Assembly: GCA_964187785.1 (NCBI GenBank)
Contig: OZ076415.1
Span: 40,424,001 to 40,488,000 of the forward strand
Direction: 5' to 3'
DNA from: Amphiscolops sp. MND2022
Taxonomy: Eukaryota
DNA: 64,000 nt
Numbering within the stretch: the first letter of the stretch is position 1; each line of letters opens with the position of its first letter. Position numbers and translations under genes: made by a program. Under the pieces are notes generated by a model, which was not told where the DNA came from, made no database searches, and saw only the letters and a program-made list of their open reading frames with translations. Below are positions 63,295 to 64,000 of this stretch, in pieces.

Positions 63295-64000
63295 GCTGGG
63301 AATGGCCAAAGTCGGCGCTATACCAAAGACTAAAAAAGCACAAACTTTTTAAAATAGGCTCCGGACAATTTAGGAAAAAAAATCACAAAAAAGTTTCCAA
63401 ACACACAGAGAGTGCATTAATGCTCGGAAATCGCTCCTGAGACAAATGCGAGCACTTTTTTCTTGATTTTTTGGCTCCTCCTCAGTAAAACGCAAATTAC
63501 TTCGGATATAACGTCCAAAAAGTTCGGATAAAGCGTGCTTGTGACTAATGGGAGCGCTTGTTTTCGAACGTCTGCCTTCTCCTTAGAAAAACGCAATATA
63601 GTTCGGATATAACAGCAAAAATTCGAATATACTGCAATATTTTTGAACCTCCACCTCCAAAATTGGATTTTATTATTGGCGAATATTTTTTGAGTAAACC
63701 TAATATCGGACAAAAAAAGAGAAAGGGGGGACCAATTGGAATTTTTAACAAATAGATATTTTTTAACAGTGTCAAAGTGCCGAAAAATGTAAAAGGGGGA
63801 CCCATTGGGATTTATCAACATCCATTCTGTTGCAAAATATCAAAACGAATTGAAGGGGGACTGTTTGGTGTAATCAAAAATTTTCGAACAATAGTCTCCT
63901 AGTTCCGAAAGAAATCGAAGTTAAAAACACCAAGATAGTCAAAGTGGGGATCCTTAGTATGTTTTCGAGGTTCTGGACATCGGTTTTGTTTAGGACAAGG
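63295..64000 (-). mobile_element. Small Helentron-like family copy running off the window end
   Basis: AACAA|GCTGGGAATGGCC, AGTCGGCGC (63310-63318), GGGGGACCC cores at 63720-63860. Confidence 0.7.

Overview
AT-rich, repeat-dense eukaryotic (invertebrate animal) DNA with spliceosomal introns; the species cannot be fixed from the sequence. Two protein-coding genes can be assembled by hand, both on the minus strand with phase-consistent GT-AG exons. One is an ORP5/ORP8-type lipid-transfer gene (OSBPL8-like, 5 coding exons, 1539-10357). The other is a DC-STAMP-domain gene of the DCST1/DCST2/Sneaky/SPE-42 sperm-fusion family (5 exons, 52630-63001, about 697 aa), which has a decayed partial duplicate at 46481-47225. 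Most of the rest is mobile DNA: a near-intact PHD-ORF1 CR1/L2-type LINE carrying an exact 456-bp inverted duplication, a hAT transposon with TIRs and a perfect 8-bp TSD, two MITEs with TSDs, and decayed CR1/L2, CRE-like, gypsy and tRNA-headed SINE remnants. The most unusual layer is an apparent set of non-autonomous rolling-circle elements. Two families show Helentron/Helitron2-like ends (hairpin plus asymmetric subterminal inverted repeat), one of them about 4 kb long with an internal ~185-bp satellite and with filled and empty alleles both in the window. A third array has Helitron-like head-to-tail CTGG|TC junctions, each preceded by a GCGAAGC mini-hairpin. No CRISPR array, rRNA or convincing tRNA gene was found. 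All calls were made by eye, without database searches.
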